Shown piece by piece: positions 39,785-50,703 of a DNA stretch of 64,000 nucleotides. A program made the translations under genes and the position numbers. How positions within the stretch are numbered: position 1 is the stretch's first letter; every line of letters begins with the position of its first letter. The stretch is from an uncultured delta proteobacterium (GTDB lineage Bacteria; Desulfobacterota; Desulfomonilia; Desulfomonilales; Desulfomonilaceae), in NCBI GenBank assembly GCA_963789265.1, contig CAWBKB010000001.1:1824001-1888000 (forward strand), given 5' to 3'. The notes under the pieces were generated by a model, which saw nothing but the letters and a program-made list of their open reading frames with translations, ran no database searches and was not told the DNA's origin.

Positions 39785-41095
39785 ATGAAATATTATCAAA
39801 AACTCACAATCCTGCTCGGCTTAATCTGGGGCTTCATCGCGATCCAACGAGTCGTTATCGCCATCATCATGCCTGCAATTCAAGCAGACATGAAGTTCAC
39901 TTACACGGACGTCGGCATGATCATATCAATCACCGGCCTCGTCTGGGCTTTCGGAACTATTATCTGGGCAAGCATCGGCGATAAATACGGGCGCCGGCCT
40001 GTGATCGTCTTTTGTGCCATTCTTGCTTCCGTGTTTTCCTTTGCCACCGGATTGGTAAACACCTTGGCCCAAATGCTGGCTATTCGGGGTACCCTGGGTT
40101 TTTTTGAAGGTGGCCCCTGGGGCCCGGCTGTCGCCTCCGTAGGAGAAGAAGCGCCTGAAGACCGGAGAGGAATGCTGGTAGGTTTCATCCCGGGCAGTTT
40201 CATGCTCATCGGTGTGTGCTTGGGTCCCATGCTCGCCGTCTGGCTTTTGGGCCACTTCGGCTCTTGGCGGCCGGTCTTCTACATCATATCCGCACCTGGC
40301 GTCATCCTGGCCATCATCTGCGCTTTCTTTATGCATGAACCGCCTTCAGTGGCAGAGGGCATCAAAGCGCGGAAGGAAGGTCGGGAGAGGATCGTGACCC
40401 AACAGGGCCAGAAGGTGAAACTGACCGACGTGCTCAAGTACAAGAACGTGATCGTATCGACTATCAACAGCATCCCCGTCATGGCTTGGCTCTGGATTTA
40501 CAGCGGCTTTTCCGCTTTATTTCTTGCCAAGGTTCATCACCTCAGCATGCAGTCGATCGGTCTCGCGATGGCCGCCTCCGGTCTGGGTGGATTCATCGGC
40601 ATGGTAATGATGGGCCGCCTTTCGGACGGCATAGGGCGCAAATCTGCAATGATTCTTGCCGGGCTCCTTTGTTGCGTGTCCGGTCTGGCCATAATCGCAA
40701 TGCCGATTGGTGGGTCTTTAGCGGTATTCTGCGTGCTGTACTTCTTCTGGGGGATGTTCGGCGGTTCCTCCTTTCCGCTCTATCTTGGCACCCTGCCGAC
40801 AGAGGCCGTACCTCCCGAATTTGCAGGAACAGCCGTTGGTGTCCCTACCGCAGTGGGTGAGATTCTGGGAGCAGCCGTTATGCCTACCATCGCCGGCGCT
40901 CTGGCGGATAAGTTCAGCCTCTATGCCCCCATGTGGATGGCAGCTATAGCAGGGTTAGTGATTATGATCGTCTCTCTCGCTTATGTGGAAACCGCTCCAA
41001 AGAAGCTTGCAAAAATGGCGGTAAAGCCGACCCGCGAAGATCATTTGCTGAAACCGTTCAGGGGGAAAGAGTTTGCGGACCTCCCCGAGGTTTAG
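39785..41095 (+). CDS. MFS transporter
   Basis: About 12 hydrophobic segments, GDKYGRR and SDGIGRK motifs; AAGGAGG Shine-Dalgarno. Confidence 0.93.
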   Translation: MKYYQKLTILLGLIWGFIAIQRVVIAIIMPAIQADMKFTYTDVGMIISITGLVWAFGTIIWASIGDKYGRRPVIVFCAILASVFSFATGLVNTLAQMLAIRGTLGFFEGGPWGPAVASVGEEAPEDRRGMLVGFIPGSFMLIGVCLGPMLAVWLLGHFGSWRPVFYIISAPGVILAIICAFFMHEPPSVAEGIKARKEGRERIVTQQGQKVKLTDVLKYKNVIVSTINSIPVMAWLWIYSGFSALFLAKVHHLSMQSIGLAMAASGLGGFIGMVMMGRLSDGIGRKSAMILAGLLCCVSGLAIIAMPIGGSLAVFCVLYFFWGMFGGSSFPLYLGTLPTEAVPPEFAGTAVGVPTAVGEILGAAVMPTIAGALADKFSLYAPMWMAAIAGLVIMIVSLAYVETAPKKLAKMAVKPTREDHLLKPFRGKEFADLPEV

Positions 41096-41330
41096 TTTCA
41101 TCCGGACGGACCTTCACTTCTAAGGCCGTTCAGGGCGAGACAGCAAGTGGCTGATGTGTCCCTAACGATGTCCCTTGCTCGTTGCTTGGTTCACCACGAG
41201 GAGGGGATGCAGTTTCGATGGAGGCCGGATGCCCAGCCGCAATTGTGTCTTGTACAAACGTGAGCGAGATAAGATGGTACGGGACCTCCAACAACCAAAG
41301 GGACATGCATAATGAAATAGAGGGAGACGA

Positions 41331-42614
41331 ATGACAAATACTAAGCTTGATGCTGCAGAAGCGAGAGGAGTCGACGATTTTGTCAAGCCGGATCATCTGA
41401 TATCACCGGAAACCAAGATGTTCGTACAGACCTTGAGGAGGTTCGTGGACACAGAGATTCTGCCGCACGAAGCCGAGCTTGACGAGTACTGGGATTGGTC
41501 GGAGCGGCAACATAACTTCGTTCATGACATCTGGAAGAAACTGTTCATTGACTTAGGCTTGCAGAAATCTTTCGTTCCGCCTGAGTTCGGAGGATCCGGG
41601 GGAGCCTCAACTGTTGACATGCTTACAATGGTCGAAGAACTGTCAAGAGGAGATTATGGCGCTGCCACCACGGGCTTCATAACTCCCTGGTCGATCGCGG
41701 CGCTCACCATCCCCAAGCCGAATGAAGTCCTTTTGAAGAAATTCGCCCCAATGTTGTGCGGAGACAAAGAATACGTGATTTGCAGCGCCATTACGGAGCC
41801 TCATGCAGGGGGATCGGTAGAAGACATGAGATTGAAGGGATCTCAGATCAGAACCAGAGCGCGCTTAGAAGGAGATGAGTGGGTGATCAACGGTCACAAA
41901 TTGTGGCCGTCCGCCTACAGGGAAGCGAAGTTGTTCCGGGTCTTGTGTGTTGTGGAGGGACAAGAGTTCCCCAACCTTGCCCAGATATTTGTACCGGTTG
42001 ATACGCCCGGCGTGGCAACGAGCAAGCCCTATCGAAAAATGGGCACCAGTATCGATACGAATGGTGACATTTGGTTTGACAACGTAAAGGTCCCGAAAGA
42101 GAACCGTGCCCATGAAGATCCTGAAGACGAGCTAAAATCAGTTATCGCTAATGTAACCATAGGCCGCCTCACTTCAGCCGCTTTCCCGATGGGAATAATG
42201 AAGCGGGCTTATGAGATCTTGAAAGCATACGTGAACAACAGGGAAATAGCCGGCCGGCCGATGAAGGAGCACGGATCAATCGTTCACGAATTAGGACAGA
42301 TCGCCAAAGACATCATGGCCGCCGAAGCTTTCCTTTACTATGTCGGTGACAGGATGGATCGCCCAGAGATCTATGGTTTCCCGTGGGAGCCGAAGATCCT
42401 GGCGGCAGCCAGTGCAGTTCAAAATACGGTAGCCGATCTCGGCTGGGCCGTGGTCAACCGCTGCCTGGAGTTGATGGGATCTTACGGCTACTCAAGAGAA
42501 GGGAAAATGGAAAAGCTGGTCAGAGACCTCAAAATCACACAGATTGTGGTGGGAGGCCCCATCCTTCGCCTTGTCGAGCTGTCACGATACTATTTCGGGA
42601 CGGAGACAATCTAG
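41331..42614 (+). CDS. Acyl-CoA dehydrogenase-family protein (atypical active site)
   Basis: VPPEFGG, ITEPHAGGS, WVINGHKLW, MGSYGYSRE, EKLVRDLKITQI. Confidence 0.9.
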   Translation: MTNTKLDAAEARGVDDFVKPDHLISPETKMFVQTLRRFVDTEILPHEAELDEYWDWSERQHNFVHDIWKKLFIDLGLQKSFVPPEFGGSGGASTVDMLTMVEELSRGDYGAATTGFITPWSIAALTIPKPNEVLLKKFAPMLCGDKEYVICSAITEPHAGGSVEDMRLKGSQIRTRARLEGDEWVINGHKLWPSAYREAKLFRVLCVVEGQEFPNLAQIFVPVDTPGVATSKPYRKMGTSIDTNGDIWFDNVKVPKENRAHEDPEDELKSVIANVTIGRLTSAAFPMGIMKRAYEILKAYVNNREIAGRPMKEHGSIVHELGQIAKDIMAAEAFLYYVGDRMDRPEIYGFPWEPKILAAASAVQNTVADLGWAVVNRCLELMGSYGYSREGKMEKLVRDLKITQIVVGGPILRLVELSRYYFGTETI

Positions 42615-42672
42615 TAGACGTGATTCGCTTTCACGGCGGTCGGTCGGAGTAATTGTGTTCGGAGGTAGCGAT

Positions 42673-43497
42673 ATGAGACTGAAAGAAAAGGTGGCACTCG
42701 TCACCGGCGGAGGCACCGGCATAGGAGCAGCAATCTCAAGGCGGTTTGTTGCCGAGGGCGCGAAGGTTTGTATCGCCGGCCGCCGCCAAGAAATGCTCGA
42801 CAAAGTGGCTGAATCACTCCCCGCAGGAGCTGTGACGACCTGTTCGGGAGATGCATCAAAGGATGAAGATGTGGCCCGAATGGTGTCCACGACGGTTTCA
42901 TTTGGTGGCAAACTCGATGTGCTGGTCAATAATGCAGCGATAAGTGCACAAGGACCGGTTGGCGACATGGACCGTGCCGTTTGGCGACAAGTGATTGATG
43001 TGAACCTTACCGGGCCCTTTATGCTCATGCAGGAGGCAATACCGCACATGATAAAGTCCGGCGGAGGCTCCATCATAAATATCGCTTCCGTCGGCGGACT
43101 TCGTTGCCTGCCCGGTATGCCGGCATACTGCGCATCAAAAGCGGGCCTTATCATGCTAACTCAGCAGGCGGCACTGGATTACGGCCCGCACAAAATCAGG
43201 TGCAATGCGGTGTGTCCCGGCGGCGTCAAAACGGAGATGACCGAGAAAGAGTTCGGACAGTTTGGGAAAATGCTCGGCATGGATACGGACGGTTTCTTTG
43301 CCATGATATCAGCGGAGATTCCTTTGCATCGCTTCGGAATCCCCACTGAACTCGGCGGTATTTGCACGTTCCTCGCGAGTGACGACTCATCATTCATGAC
43401 AGGAGCCGCTCTGGTTATCGACGCCGGAACTTCCATCGTCGATGTTGTAGGGGCTTCTATCATGGGAGCACTCAGGCGAGGCGGTGTCTTGAAATAA
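42673..43497 (+). CDS. Short-chain dehydrogenase/reductase
   Basis: TGGGTGIG, NNAA, YCASK. Confidence 0.95.
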   Translation: MRLKEKVALVTGGGTGIGAAISRRFVAEGAKVCIAGRRQEMLDKVAESLPAGAVTTCSGDASKDEDVARMVSTTVSFGGKLDVLVNNAAISAQGPVGDMDRAVWRQVIDVNLTGPFMLMQEAIPHMIKSGGGSIINIASVGGLRCLPGMPAYCASKAGLIMLTQQAALDYGPHKIRCNAVCPGGVKTEMTEKEFGQFGKMLGMDTDGFFAMISAEIPLHRFGIPTELGGICTFLASDDSSFMTGAALVIDAGTSIVDVVGASIMGALRRGGVLK

Positions 43498-43618
43498 GGA
43501 TGAAGAAGACCAAAAGTCGGGATTCTACACAGAGATGAGCGCCTAACGGCGAAAGTCTTCGAGGTTAGGACTACATGCTTCGGGATCTGAGCAGGAACAT
43601 CCATAAGAGAAGTGGGAG

Positions 43619-45307
43619 GTGGCCATGTTACACGATGCGTATGATTTGAGCTTTTACGAATTTGACGATGAAAGAGACCCGAAAGAGTACGGAGTGCTAC
43701 TCTGCGACGTTGTCCACGGCAGACCGCCTATGAAGCCCACGTACATGGGAATCGGCTGGTACTGGTACTACCACGGTGTCCGTTACGGCGCCGCGCATCT
43801 GAGCCTACCGACCACACATGGGTGGGATTCGAGGTTCGTCAAGGGTTACCCATATATTACGGCTATAAAGACGACGCCTGAAGAGGCAAAAGAGCGTGAG
43901 CCCATCTTCAGAGAGAAGATAAAGCCCCTTCTCGAGAATTTCGACGCAGTTTGGGACGCGTATAAGACTGACCTTCTCCGGATGTACAAGACCGCGAAGG
44001 AATCTCGGGGCCTCAAAGAGTGGAACGACATAAGGAAACTGGACAACAACGAACTCCTTTCCTTCTTCCTGGACTTCGCCTTTGTCCTCAATAGGAAGGA
44101 AGGAGAGGTCCACTTCATCATGTTGATGGCCTCATACTATATTAGCGGCGTCTTTCAGGATTGGTGGCGCACGTTGTTCGGTACTGAGGCATCTATTGAC
44201 CAAAATTTTCACCATGTGATGACAGGCTTCGAGGCGAAAGACACCGAAGTGGTTCGGGAGCTGTGGCGGCTTGGCAGGAAAGCCAATGAGATGGGTCTTG
44301 AGGCGGTTTTCCAGACGAGCGATAATGACGATGTGATTGACAAGCTGAAATCCAGTGACAAGGGGATGCAGTGGGTGGAAGCGTACCACGAATTTCTCCT
44401 GGAAAACGGGTGGAGATGTGACCGGATGCACGCTTACGACACCCCTGCGTGGATTGAAAAACCGGGTCTTGGTATCAGCCGAATAAAAATGCTCATGGGG
44501 CAAGAAATCTTCCCCTTCGACTCAGAACGTGAGCGTGTCAATCGAGAAAGGGAGCAAGCAGAGAAAGGGGTTCTCGCCAAAGTTCCCGAAGAGCAGCGAG
44601 AATCGTTTTCTCTTCTCATGCGAGCGGCTCAGAAGTCAGGCTACTGGAGCGAAGATCACACCTTCTACTGTGACTTTTACATAGGAGCCCTGGGAAGGTG
44701 GATTATCACCGAATTCGGCAGACGATTCGTTGAAGCAGGGTGCATCGATCAACTCGAAGACGTGCACTATCTGCATCCAAACGAGATCCGAAAGGCTGCA
44801 ATACCTATGGGCAGGATAAATCTTCGCCCTTACGTGGAGCGTCGGAAGAAACTCCATGAAGAGTACCTTGAGATCGAGCCTGCGCCGTTCTTGGGTGACA
44901 TCAGCAAAGCGCAGGAGGTACTGCGAAGCGATCCCACTCTTGTGGTTTCCACGCAAGTTCCGTTGGTGAGAGAGGAGCTCAAAGCAGACCTATACGGCGC
45001 GGCGGGATCTCCGGGAGTGGTCGAGGGTATTGCCCGTGTGATCATGAGTCATGACCGTCTGTCGGAAATAAAGCCGGGAGAAATACTGGTGGCCCCCGGT
45101 ACTTCTCCTTCCTGGTCGGCGGTTTTCAGCGTTGTCGCGGGACTTGTAACCGACGGCGGTGGAGTCCTTTCTCATCCCGTTATTATGGCTCGCGAGTTCG
45201 GGCTTCCCTGTGTGACCGGTTGCGTGGAGGGCACGCAAAAAATCAAGACTGGTGACCGCATTCGAGTCGACGGCGATCAGGGAGTAGTGTATATTCTGGC
45301 CAAATAA
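43619..45307 (+). CDS. PEP-utilising enzyme, phospho-His/substrate subunit (phenylphosphate synthase A / HpeH / AcvA-like)
   Basis: C-terminal swivelling His domain GSPGVVEG...TDGGGVLSHPVIMAREFGLPCV; no ATP-grasp domain. Confidence 0.85.
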   Translation: MAMLHDAYDLSFYEFDDERDPKEYGVLLCDVVHGRPPMKPTYMGIGWYWYYHGVRYGAAHLSLPTTHGWDSRFVKGYPYITAIKTTPEEAKEREPIFREKIKPLLENFDAVWDAYKTDLLRMYKTAKESRGLKEWNDIRKLDNNELLSFFLDFAFVLNRKEGEVHFIMLMASYYISGVFQDWWRTLFGTEASIDQNFHHVMTGFEAKDTEVVRELWRLGRKANEMGLEAVFQTSDNDDVIDKLKSSDKGMQWVEAYHEFLLENGWRCDRMHAYDTPAWIEKPGLGISRIKMLMGQEIFPFDSERERVNREREQAEKGVLAKVPEEQRESFSLLMRAAQKSGYWSEDHTFYCDFYIGALGRWIITEFGRRFVEAGCIDQLEDVHYLHPNEIRKAAIPMGRINLRPYVERRKKLHEEYLEIEPAPFLGDISKAQEVLRSDPTLVVSTQVPLVREELKADLYGAAGSPGVVEGIARVIMSHDRLSEIKPGEILVAPGTSPSWSAVFSVVAGLVTDGGGVLSHPVIMAREFGLPCVTGCVEGTQKIKTGDRIRVDGDQGVVYILAK

Positions 45308-45358
45308 CTGCTGGGAAGATGTGAGAATACCGCAAAAAGGGGTAGTGAACATAGGAAC

Positions 45359-45970
45359 ATGGAAGCGTTGAGGGCCAAAATCCTCCCGGCGCAGACGGCT
45401 CTTATAATCATCGACATGCAGAAGGATTACTGCTGTAAGGGGGGGATCTTCGACAGACGGGGGTTCGATGTCACTCCTTGCCGGCAACTGGCAGTGCGGC
45501 TCAGTCGATTTCTGAACGACGCCCGCAAGGCACTTAAACACATTGTTCATGTGAAGATGTCCAAGATCCCCGGTCTCCTTTCACCGCCGAGGGAAGAGCA
45601 CTACAGACGTTTGGGCATCGACAGAAAGTACGATCCGACCTACGGAGAATTTTACAAGATTCTCCCGCTGGCCGGGGAGACAGTCATCGGCAAGTATAAC
45701 TATTCGGCGTTTGTCTCAACCTACCTCGATCAGTTTTTGCGGTCCAATGGCATCAAGACTATGCTCATCGCCGGCGTTGCCACAAATGTCTGCGTAGAGT
45801 CAACCGTACGAGACGGCTTCATGCGGGATTACTACATTGTGGTCCCTTCAGACCTGACGGAGGGGACGAGTCCGGAGGCCAAGAAGTGGTCCCTGGCCAA
45901 CATTGACATGTTTTTCGGGGAAGTTGTTAATTCCGACGACGTGCTGCGATGCTGGAGGATCAGAGAGTGA
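45359..45970 (+). CDS. Cysteine hydrolase (isochorismatase family)
   Basis: IIDMQKDY, KYNYSAF, GVATNVCVESTVRD (Asp-Lys-Cys triad). Confidence 0.92.
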   Translation: MEALRAKILPAQTALIIIDMQKDYCCKGGIFDRRGFDVTPCRQLAVRLSRFLNDARKALKHIVHVKMSKIPGLLSPPREEHYRRLGIDRKYDPTYGEFYKILPLAGETVIGKYNYSAFVSTYLDQFLRSNGIKTMLIAGVATNVCVESTVRDGFMRDYYIVVPSDLTEGTSPEAKKWSLANIDMFFGEVVNSDDVLRCWRIRE

Positions 45971-46393
45971 AGCTGTGCGAAGTCTGAGAGCCTTGGGTAC
46001 TAAGGAGTCCCGCTCTGAACGCTACAGGTATTTCTGCATTCGTTAATCTCCTCTCCCATGCCTTGATCGACAAGTTATCCGATTCAGGGACTAGCTTCAC
46101 CATGATTCGCGTGCTACGCACCAGTTTGAGACCATTGCATAGGAATCCGGAGTGAGGTGGTTTAAATATTCTTAACACGTTCAGGCTTCAAGAATTCTAC
46201 TTTGGTATAATTTACACGGGTGATCAGGTCTATCATAATTATCTGGCATGATATTTTCCACACGAACCTTGAGTTATGGAATTCTCCACATCGAGACGTA
46301 ACACGCGCAATATACAAGCGGAACAGCACGACATTTCAAGAAGCACGGGCCTGTTTCGAATCTACTGCAAAATTTAGGAATAGGAGGGAATCC

Positions 46394-47629
46394 ATGACCA
46401 ACTACTCGTACTTGGATGTTTTCCTCAAGAAAGAGGACTACATGCTACAGGAAATGCTCGGCAGTTTCGTCGACAAAGAGATTATGCCTGTCAGGCAGCA
46501 GATCGACGAGGACAAAGACCACGTGATCGTGAAGAGAATCCTGCAGGGTCTGACCGACCTAGGGATGCAGAAATCGCCGTTTCCCCCTGAATACGGTGGA
46601 ATGGGCGCCAGTTCGGCCGTTACGGCAGCCATAGTGCACGAAGAACTGAGCCGCGGCGACAGTGGTATATGTACGGCCGCCAACGTCACCACGTGGGCAT
46701 GGATTCCTGCCATTGCGGCGAACAACAAAGCAGTGCTTGACCGTTTCGCGAGTGATTTCACAGCAAAGGAACTCAGGATGGGATGCTTTAACATGACCGA
46801 GCCCGGCGGGCCTCATGGAGGTGGGGGCTGTGACATTGAGAACCCGAGCTTGCAAGGACGGAAGTTAAGAACCATCGCTAAGCTCGAAGGCGACGAATGG
46901 GTGATCAACGGTCAGAAGATGTGGGCATCCAACAGTGGCGTCGCCGACCTCTACTGCATGGTCTGTACTACAGATCCCAAGTTGGGAGACGACGGCGTTG
47001 CTCTCGTCGATGTACCGAAAGACGCGAGGGGAATTAGTTTCGGCAAAGATGAACATAAAGCAGGTATGGCAGGCGACAAGAACCATCCCATGTTTTTGGA
47101 GAACGTAAGGGTCCCAAAGGGATGGCGGGCGGCAGGGGCAGGAGCAGATGCCGACTTGTTGCATAACAACCTTGTCATCGGGCGTCTCGTTACCGCCGCC
47201 ATGGCTGTGGGGCAGGCCCAGGGAGCGTTTGAAACCGTGCTAAAATACACGGGTGAGAGGATTGTTGCCGACAAGCCGATCAGACAGCACTCCATCGCGG
47301 CCGGAATCCTGGCGGATATGGCCATCGGCATAGAGACGGCCAGATGGTCCTGCCTTTCGGCGTGCTGGATGTACGACCATCCTGAGAAGTATGGCCCACC
47401 CACGTCGAATTTCATGCTATCCAGGGCGAGTATTGCCAAGGTGTACGCAGCTGATGTGGCCGTATCGGTCACGAACAGGGCCATGGAGCTGATGGGTTCC
47501 TTCGGCTATGTGAGAGATTACGATGTAGAGAAATACTGGAGGGATTGCAAGATCATCCAGTTATGGGAAGGTGGCGCACAGTTGGGGCGCCTCGATGTAT
47601 GCCGCGGTTACTACGACTGTAATTTGTGA
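46394..47629 (+). CDS. Acyl-CoA dehydrogenase
   Basis: PPEYGG, MTEPGG, WVINGQKMW, EKYWRDCKIIQLWEGG. Confidence 0.93.
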   Translation: MTNYSYLDVFLKKEDYMLQEMLGSFVDKEIMPVRQQIDEDKDHVIVKRILQGLTDLGMQKSPFPPEYGGMGASSAVTAAIVHEELSRGDSGICTAANVTTWAWIPAIAANNKAVLDRFASDFTAKELRMGCFNMTEPGGPHGGGGCDIENPSLQGRKLRTIAKLEGDEWVINGQKMWASNSGVADLYCMVCTTDPKLGDDGVALVDVPKDARGISFGKDEHKAGMAGDKNHPMFLENVRVPKGWRAAGAGADADLLHNNLVIGRLVTAAMAVGQAQGAFETVLKYTGERIVADKPIRQHSIAAGILADMAIGIETARWSCLSACWMYDHPEKYGPPTSNFMLSRASIAKVYAADVAVSVTNRAMELMGSFGYVRDYDVEKYWRDCKIIQLWEGGAQLGRLDVCRGYYDCNL

Positions 47630-47683
47630 AAGAAGCGTATTTTACAATTCGAACGGTCAATCACGCGATCATAGGAGTCGGAA

Positions 47684-50398
47684 ATGATTAAGACGAACAT
47701 CAATCTCAACGGCGTAAACAAAATAGTGGTCTCGGACCCGGAGGCTTCGCTGGCGGATGTCGTGCGAGGTCAATTGGGTCTGACCGGCACGAAGGTCGGA
47801 TGTGGAAGTGGCCAGTGTGGGTCTTGTTCGGTCATTATGAATGGTAAGCTTATCAAGTCCTGCATCACCAAAATGAAGAGGGTGCAGGACGGTGCCAAGG
47901 TTGTCACTATAGAAGGAATCGGGACACCCGATAATTTGCACGCTTTGCAGTTGTCTTGGACCGTTCACGGCGGGGCTCAATGTGGATTTTGCTCTCCGGG
48001 ATTTATAGTGTCCGCAAAAGCACTTCTGGACGAGAACAAGAGCCCCACGAGAGAGCAAGTAAAGGATTGGTTTCAAAAGAATCGAAACGCGTGCCGGTGC
48101 ACCGGGTACAAGCCTCTCGTGGACGCGGTCATGGACGCGGCGAAAGTTGTTCGAGGGGAAATGCCCCCAGCCGAATTAGCGTACAAACTCCCGGCTGACG
48201 GCAGAATCTGGGGGACCAACTACCCGAGACCGTCTGCAGTTGCCAAGGTCACAGGGACCATTGAATACGGCGCAGACCTCATCTGCAAGATGCCTCCCGG
48301 TACGTTGCACCTGGCATTGGTCCAGTCCAAGACTTCCCACGCGAAGATTCTCTCCATTGACACGTCTGAAGCCGAAAAGATGCCCGGTGTGGAAAAAGTG
48401 GTTACGCACAGGGACGTTAAGGGAAAGAACAGATTCGCCGGCCTTGTTACTCTGCCGACTAACAAAGGAGATGGCTGGGACCGACCGATTCTCTGCGATG
48501 AGAAAGTGTTCCAGTTTGGAGACGCAATAGCTATCGTATGTGCCGACACTGAGGCCAATGCCAGAGCGGCTGCGGACAAGGTTGAGGTAACGGTTGAGGA
48601 CCTTCCCGCTTACATGAGCGCACCGGCAGCGATGGCCGAGGATGCAATCGAGATCCATCCCGGAACGCCCAATGTCTATTACGAGCAGAAGCGGGCCAAG
48701 GGTCAAGACACCAAGCCTCTGATGGATTCAGCGGCTTACGTAGTGGAAGGGGATTACTACTTGCAGAGGCAGCCTCACTTGACCATGGAACCGGACGTCG
48801 GGTTGGCCTATTTTGACGAAGAAGGGCGCCTGACAATTCATTCCAAGAGCATCGCCATTCATCTCCACCATGCCATGATTTGCCCCGGGCTGGGGATTGA
48901 ACCGGAGAAACTTCGGCTCGTTCAGAATCCCGCGGGTGGTACATTCGGGTATAAGCTGAGCCCAACTTTAGAGGCACTTGTCGGAGCCGCGGCAATGGCG
49001 ACCGGCAAGCCCGTGGCTCTGAAATATGATTACCATCAGCACATAACCTACACCGGCAAGCGCTCTCCTTTCTTTATCAAGCTCAAATACGGGGCGGACA
49101 AGGACGGTAAGATCATTGCCATGGAAGGCGACTGGGTAGTGGATCACGGTCCCTATTCGGAGTTCGGCGACTCGCTGGCCGTGCGTGGGGCTCAGTTCAT
49201 TGGTGCGGGTTACGGAATACCCAACATCAGGGGTCTCGGCCGAACCGTATGCACCAACCACGCATGGGGCGCTGCGTTTCGGGCCTATGGTTCTCCTCAA
49301 AGCTTTTTTGCCTCTGAAAGTCTGATGGATGAGCTTGCAGTAAAAATGGGCAAAGATCCGTTGGAGCTGAGATACCTCAATGTGTATCGTCCCGGCGATA
49401 CCACGCCGACCGGGCAGGTACCAGAGGTTCTCAGCTTTCCGGAGATGATAGACAAGCTGCGTCCTCTTTATCAGGAGGCCCTCAAAAGGGCGCAAAAAGA
49501 ATCCACGTCCGAGAGTAAAAAGGGCGTGGGAGTTTCCATCGGAATATACGGGTGCGGTATCGACGGGCCGGATACCTCCGAAGCCACGGTGGAGCTTGTT
49601 CCGGACGGAGTGGTATTGTACGTATCATGGGAGGACCACGGTCAGGGAGCCGATATGGGGGCTCTGGGAACCTGCCATGAGGCTCTGCGTCCGCTGGGCA
49701 TCACTCCCGACAAGATCAAGCTGATTATGAACGACACGGCCATCACCCCGAACAGTGGGCCTTCAGGTGCAAGTCGTCAGCAGGTGATGACCGGAAACGC
49801 AATCAAGAACGGCTGCGAGATGCTCTTGAATGCAATGCAGAAACCCGACGGCACGTACCGCACCTACGAACAAATGACCGCGGAAAACATTCCGTTGAAA
49901 TATTCGGGGAAATGGACTGCGTCCATGTGCACTCCGTGCGATGAGAACGGCCAGGGAAGTCCTTTCTCGGTCTACATGTACGGTGTGTTTATGGCTGAAG
50001 TGGCCGTAGACACCAAGACCGGAAAGACACAGGTGGAGAAGTTTACGGTTGTTGCAGACATCGGCAAAATCAACAACAAGCTTGTCGTGGACGGCCAAAT
50101 CTACGGGGGAGTCGCTCAGGGCATCGGTCTGGCTCTTTCCGAAGACTTCGAGGACTTGAATAAGCACACAAGTCTGATAGCGTGTGGCCTTCCGTTTGCA
50201 AATGATATACCTGACGATTTCAAGATTATCTATGTTGAAAACCCCAGAGAAAACGGGCCGTTTGGGGCTGCGGGCGTCGGTGAGTTGCCGTTGACGTCGC
50301 CGCATGCCGCAGTGGTCAACGCCATTTACAATGCTACGGGCGTGCGGATCAGGAGTCTGCCCGCACTGCCGGAAAAGGTTCTGGCCGGTCTCAAATAG
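47684..50398 (+). CDS. mop: Molybdopterin-dependent aldehyde oxidoreductase (Desulfovibrio Mop type)
   Basis: Two [2Fe-2S] motifs (GCGSGQCGSC; QCGFC...CRCTGY), AFRAYG, GVGELP; 904 aa. Confidence 0.92.
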   Translation: MIKTNINLNGVNKIVVSDPEASLADVVRGQLGLTGTKVGCGSGQCGSCSVIMNGKLIKSCITKMKRVQDGAKVVTIEGIGTPDNLHALQLSWTVHGGAQCGFCSPGFIVSAKALLDENKSPTREQVKDWFQKNRNACRCTGYKPLVDAVMDAAKVVRGEMPPAELAYKLPADGRIWGTNYPRPSAVAKVTGTIEYGADLICKMPPGTLHLALVQSKTSHAKILSIDTSEAEKMPGVEKVVTHRDVKGKNRFAGLVTLPTNKGDGWDRPILCDEKVFQFGDAIAIVCADTEANARAAADKVEVTVEDLPAYMSAPAAMAEDAIEIHPGTPNVYYEQKRAKGQDTKPLMDSAAYVVEGDYYLQRQPHLTMEPDVGLAYFDEEGRLTIHSKSIAIHLHHAMICPGLGIEPEKLRLVQNPAGGTFGYKLSPTLEALVGAAAMATGKPVALKYDYHQHITYTGKRSPFFIKLKYGADKDGKIIAMEGDWVVDHGPYSEFGDSLAVRGAQFIGAGYGIPNIRGLGRTVCTNHAWGAAFRAYGSPQSFFASESLMDELAVKMGKDPLELRYLNVYRPGDTTPTGQVPEVLSFPEMIDKLRPLYQEALKRAQKESTSESKKGVGVSIGIYGCGIDGPDTSEATVELVPDGVVLYVSWEDHGQGADMGALGTCHEALRPLGITPDKIKLIMNDTAITPNSGPSGASRQQVMTGNAIKNGCEMLLNAMQKPDGTYRTYEQMTAENIPLKYSGKWTASMCTPCDENGQGSPFSVYMYGVFMAEVAVDTKTGKTQVEKFTVVADIGKINNKLVVDGQIYGGVAQGIGLALSEDFEDLNKHTSLIACGLPFANDIPDDFKIIYVENPRENGPFGAAGVGELPLTSPHAAVVNAIYNATGVRIRSLPALPEKVLAGLK

Positions 50399-50703
50399 GC
50401 TTGAACTGAGGCGACTTTTCTGCGGAAGACCCATTTTGATACGAATTTGTTTTCAAAATCTCCCCGGTCCCCTTTACAAAAGGGGGGAACTCCTTCAGAC
50501 GCGAGGTTAAGTCAACGTCTATGCGGCAAAACAGGGCTTATCATTTTGCGGTTAGGTCTGGAACTGCTCTGGGGCTGTGCTCACGACGTGAGCGTTCAGC
50601 GGGAAAAAGGTTTACCCGGTTCCAGGTTTAGCAGGCAGAGAGAAAGTGTCTCGAAACTATTTTGATGCTCGGAATTGTGGCACGATGGCAGCCCGGCACT
50701 AAA

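Noticed and set aside
46228..46262. Possible sigma-54 promoter or ATCAT-N11-ATGAT box upstream of the second ACAD
   Set aside because: The -12 element reads TTCC rather than TTGC and the dyad occurs only once; too weak to call.
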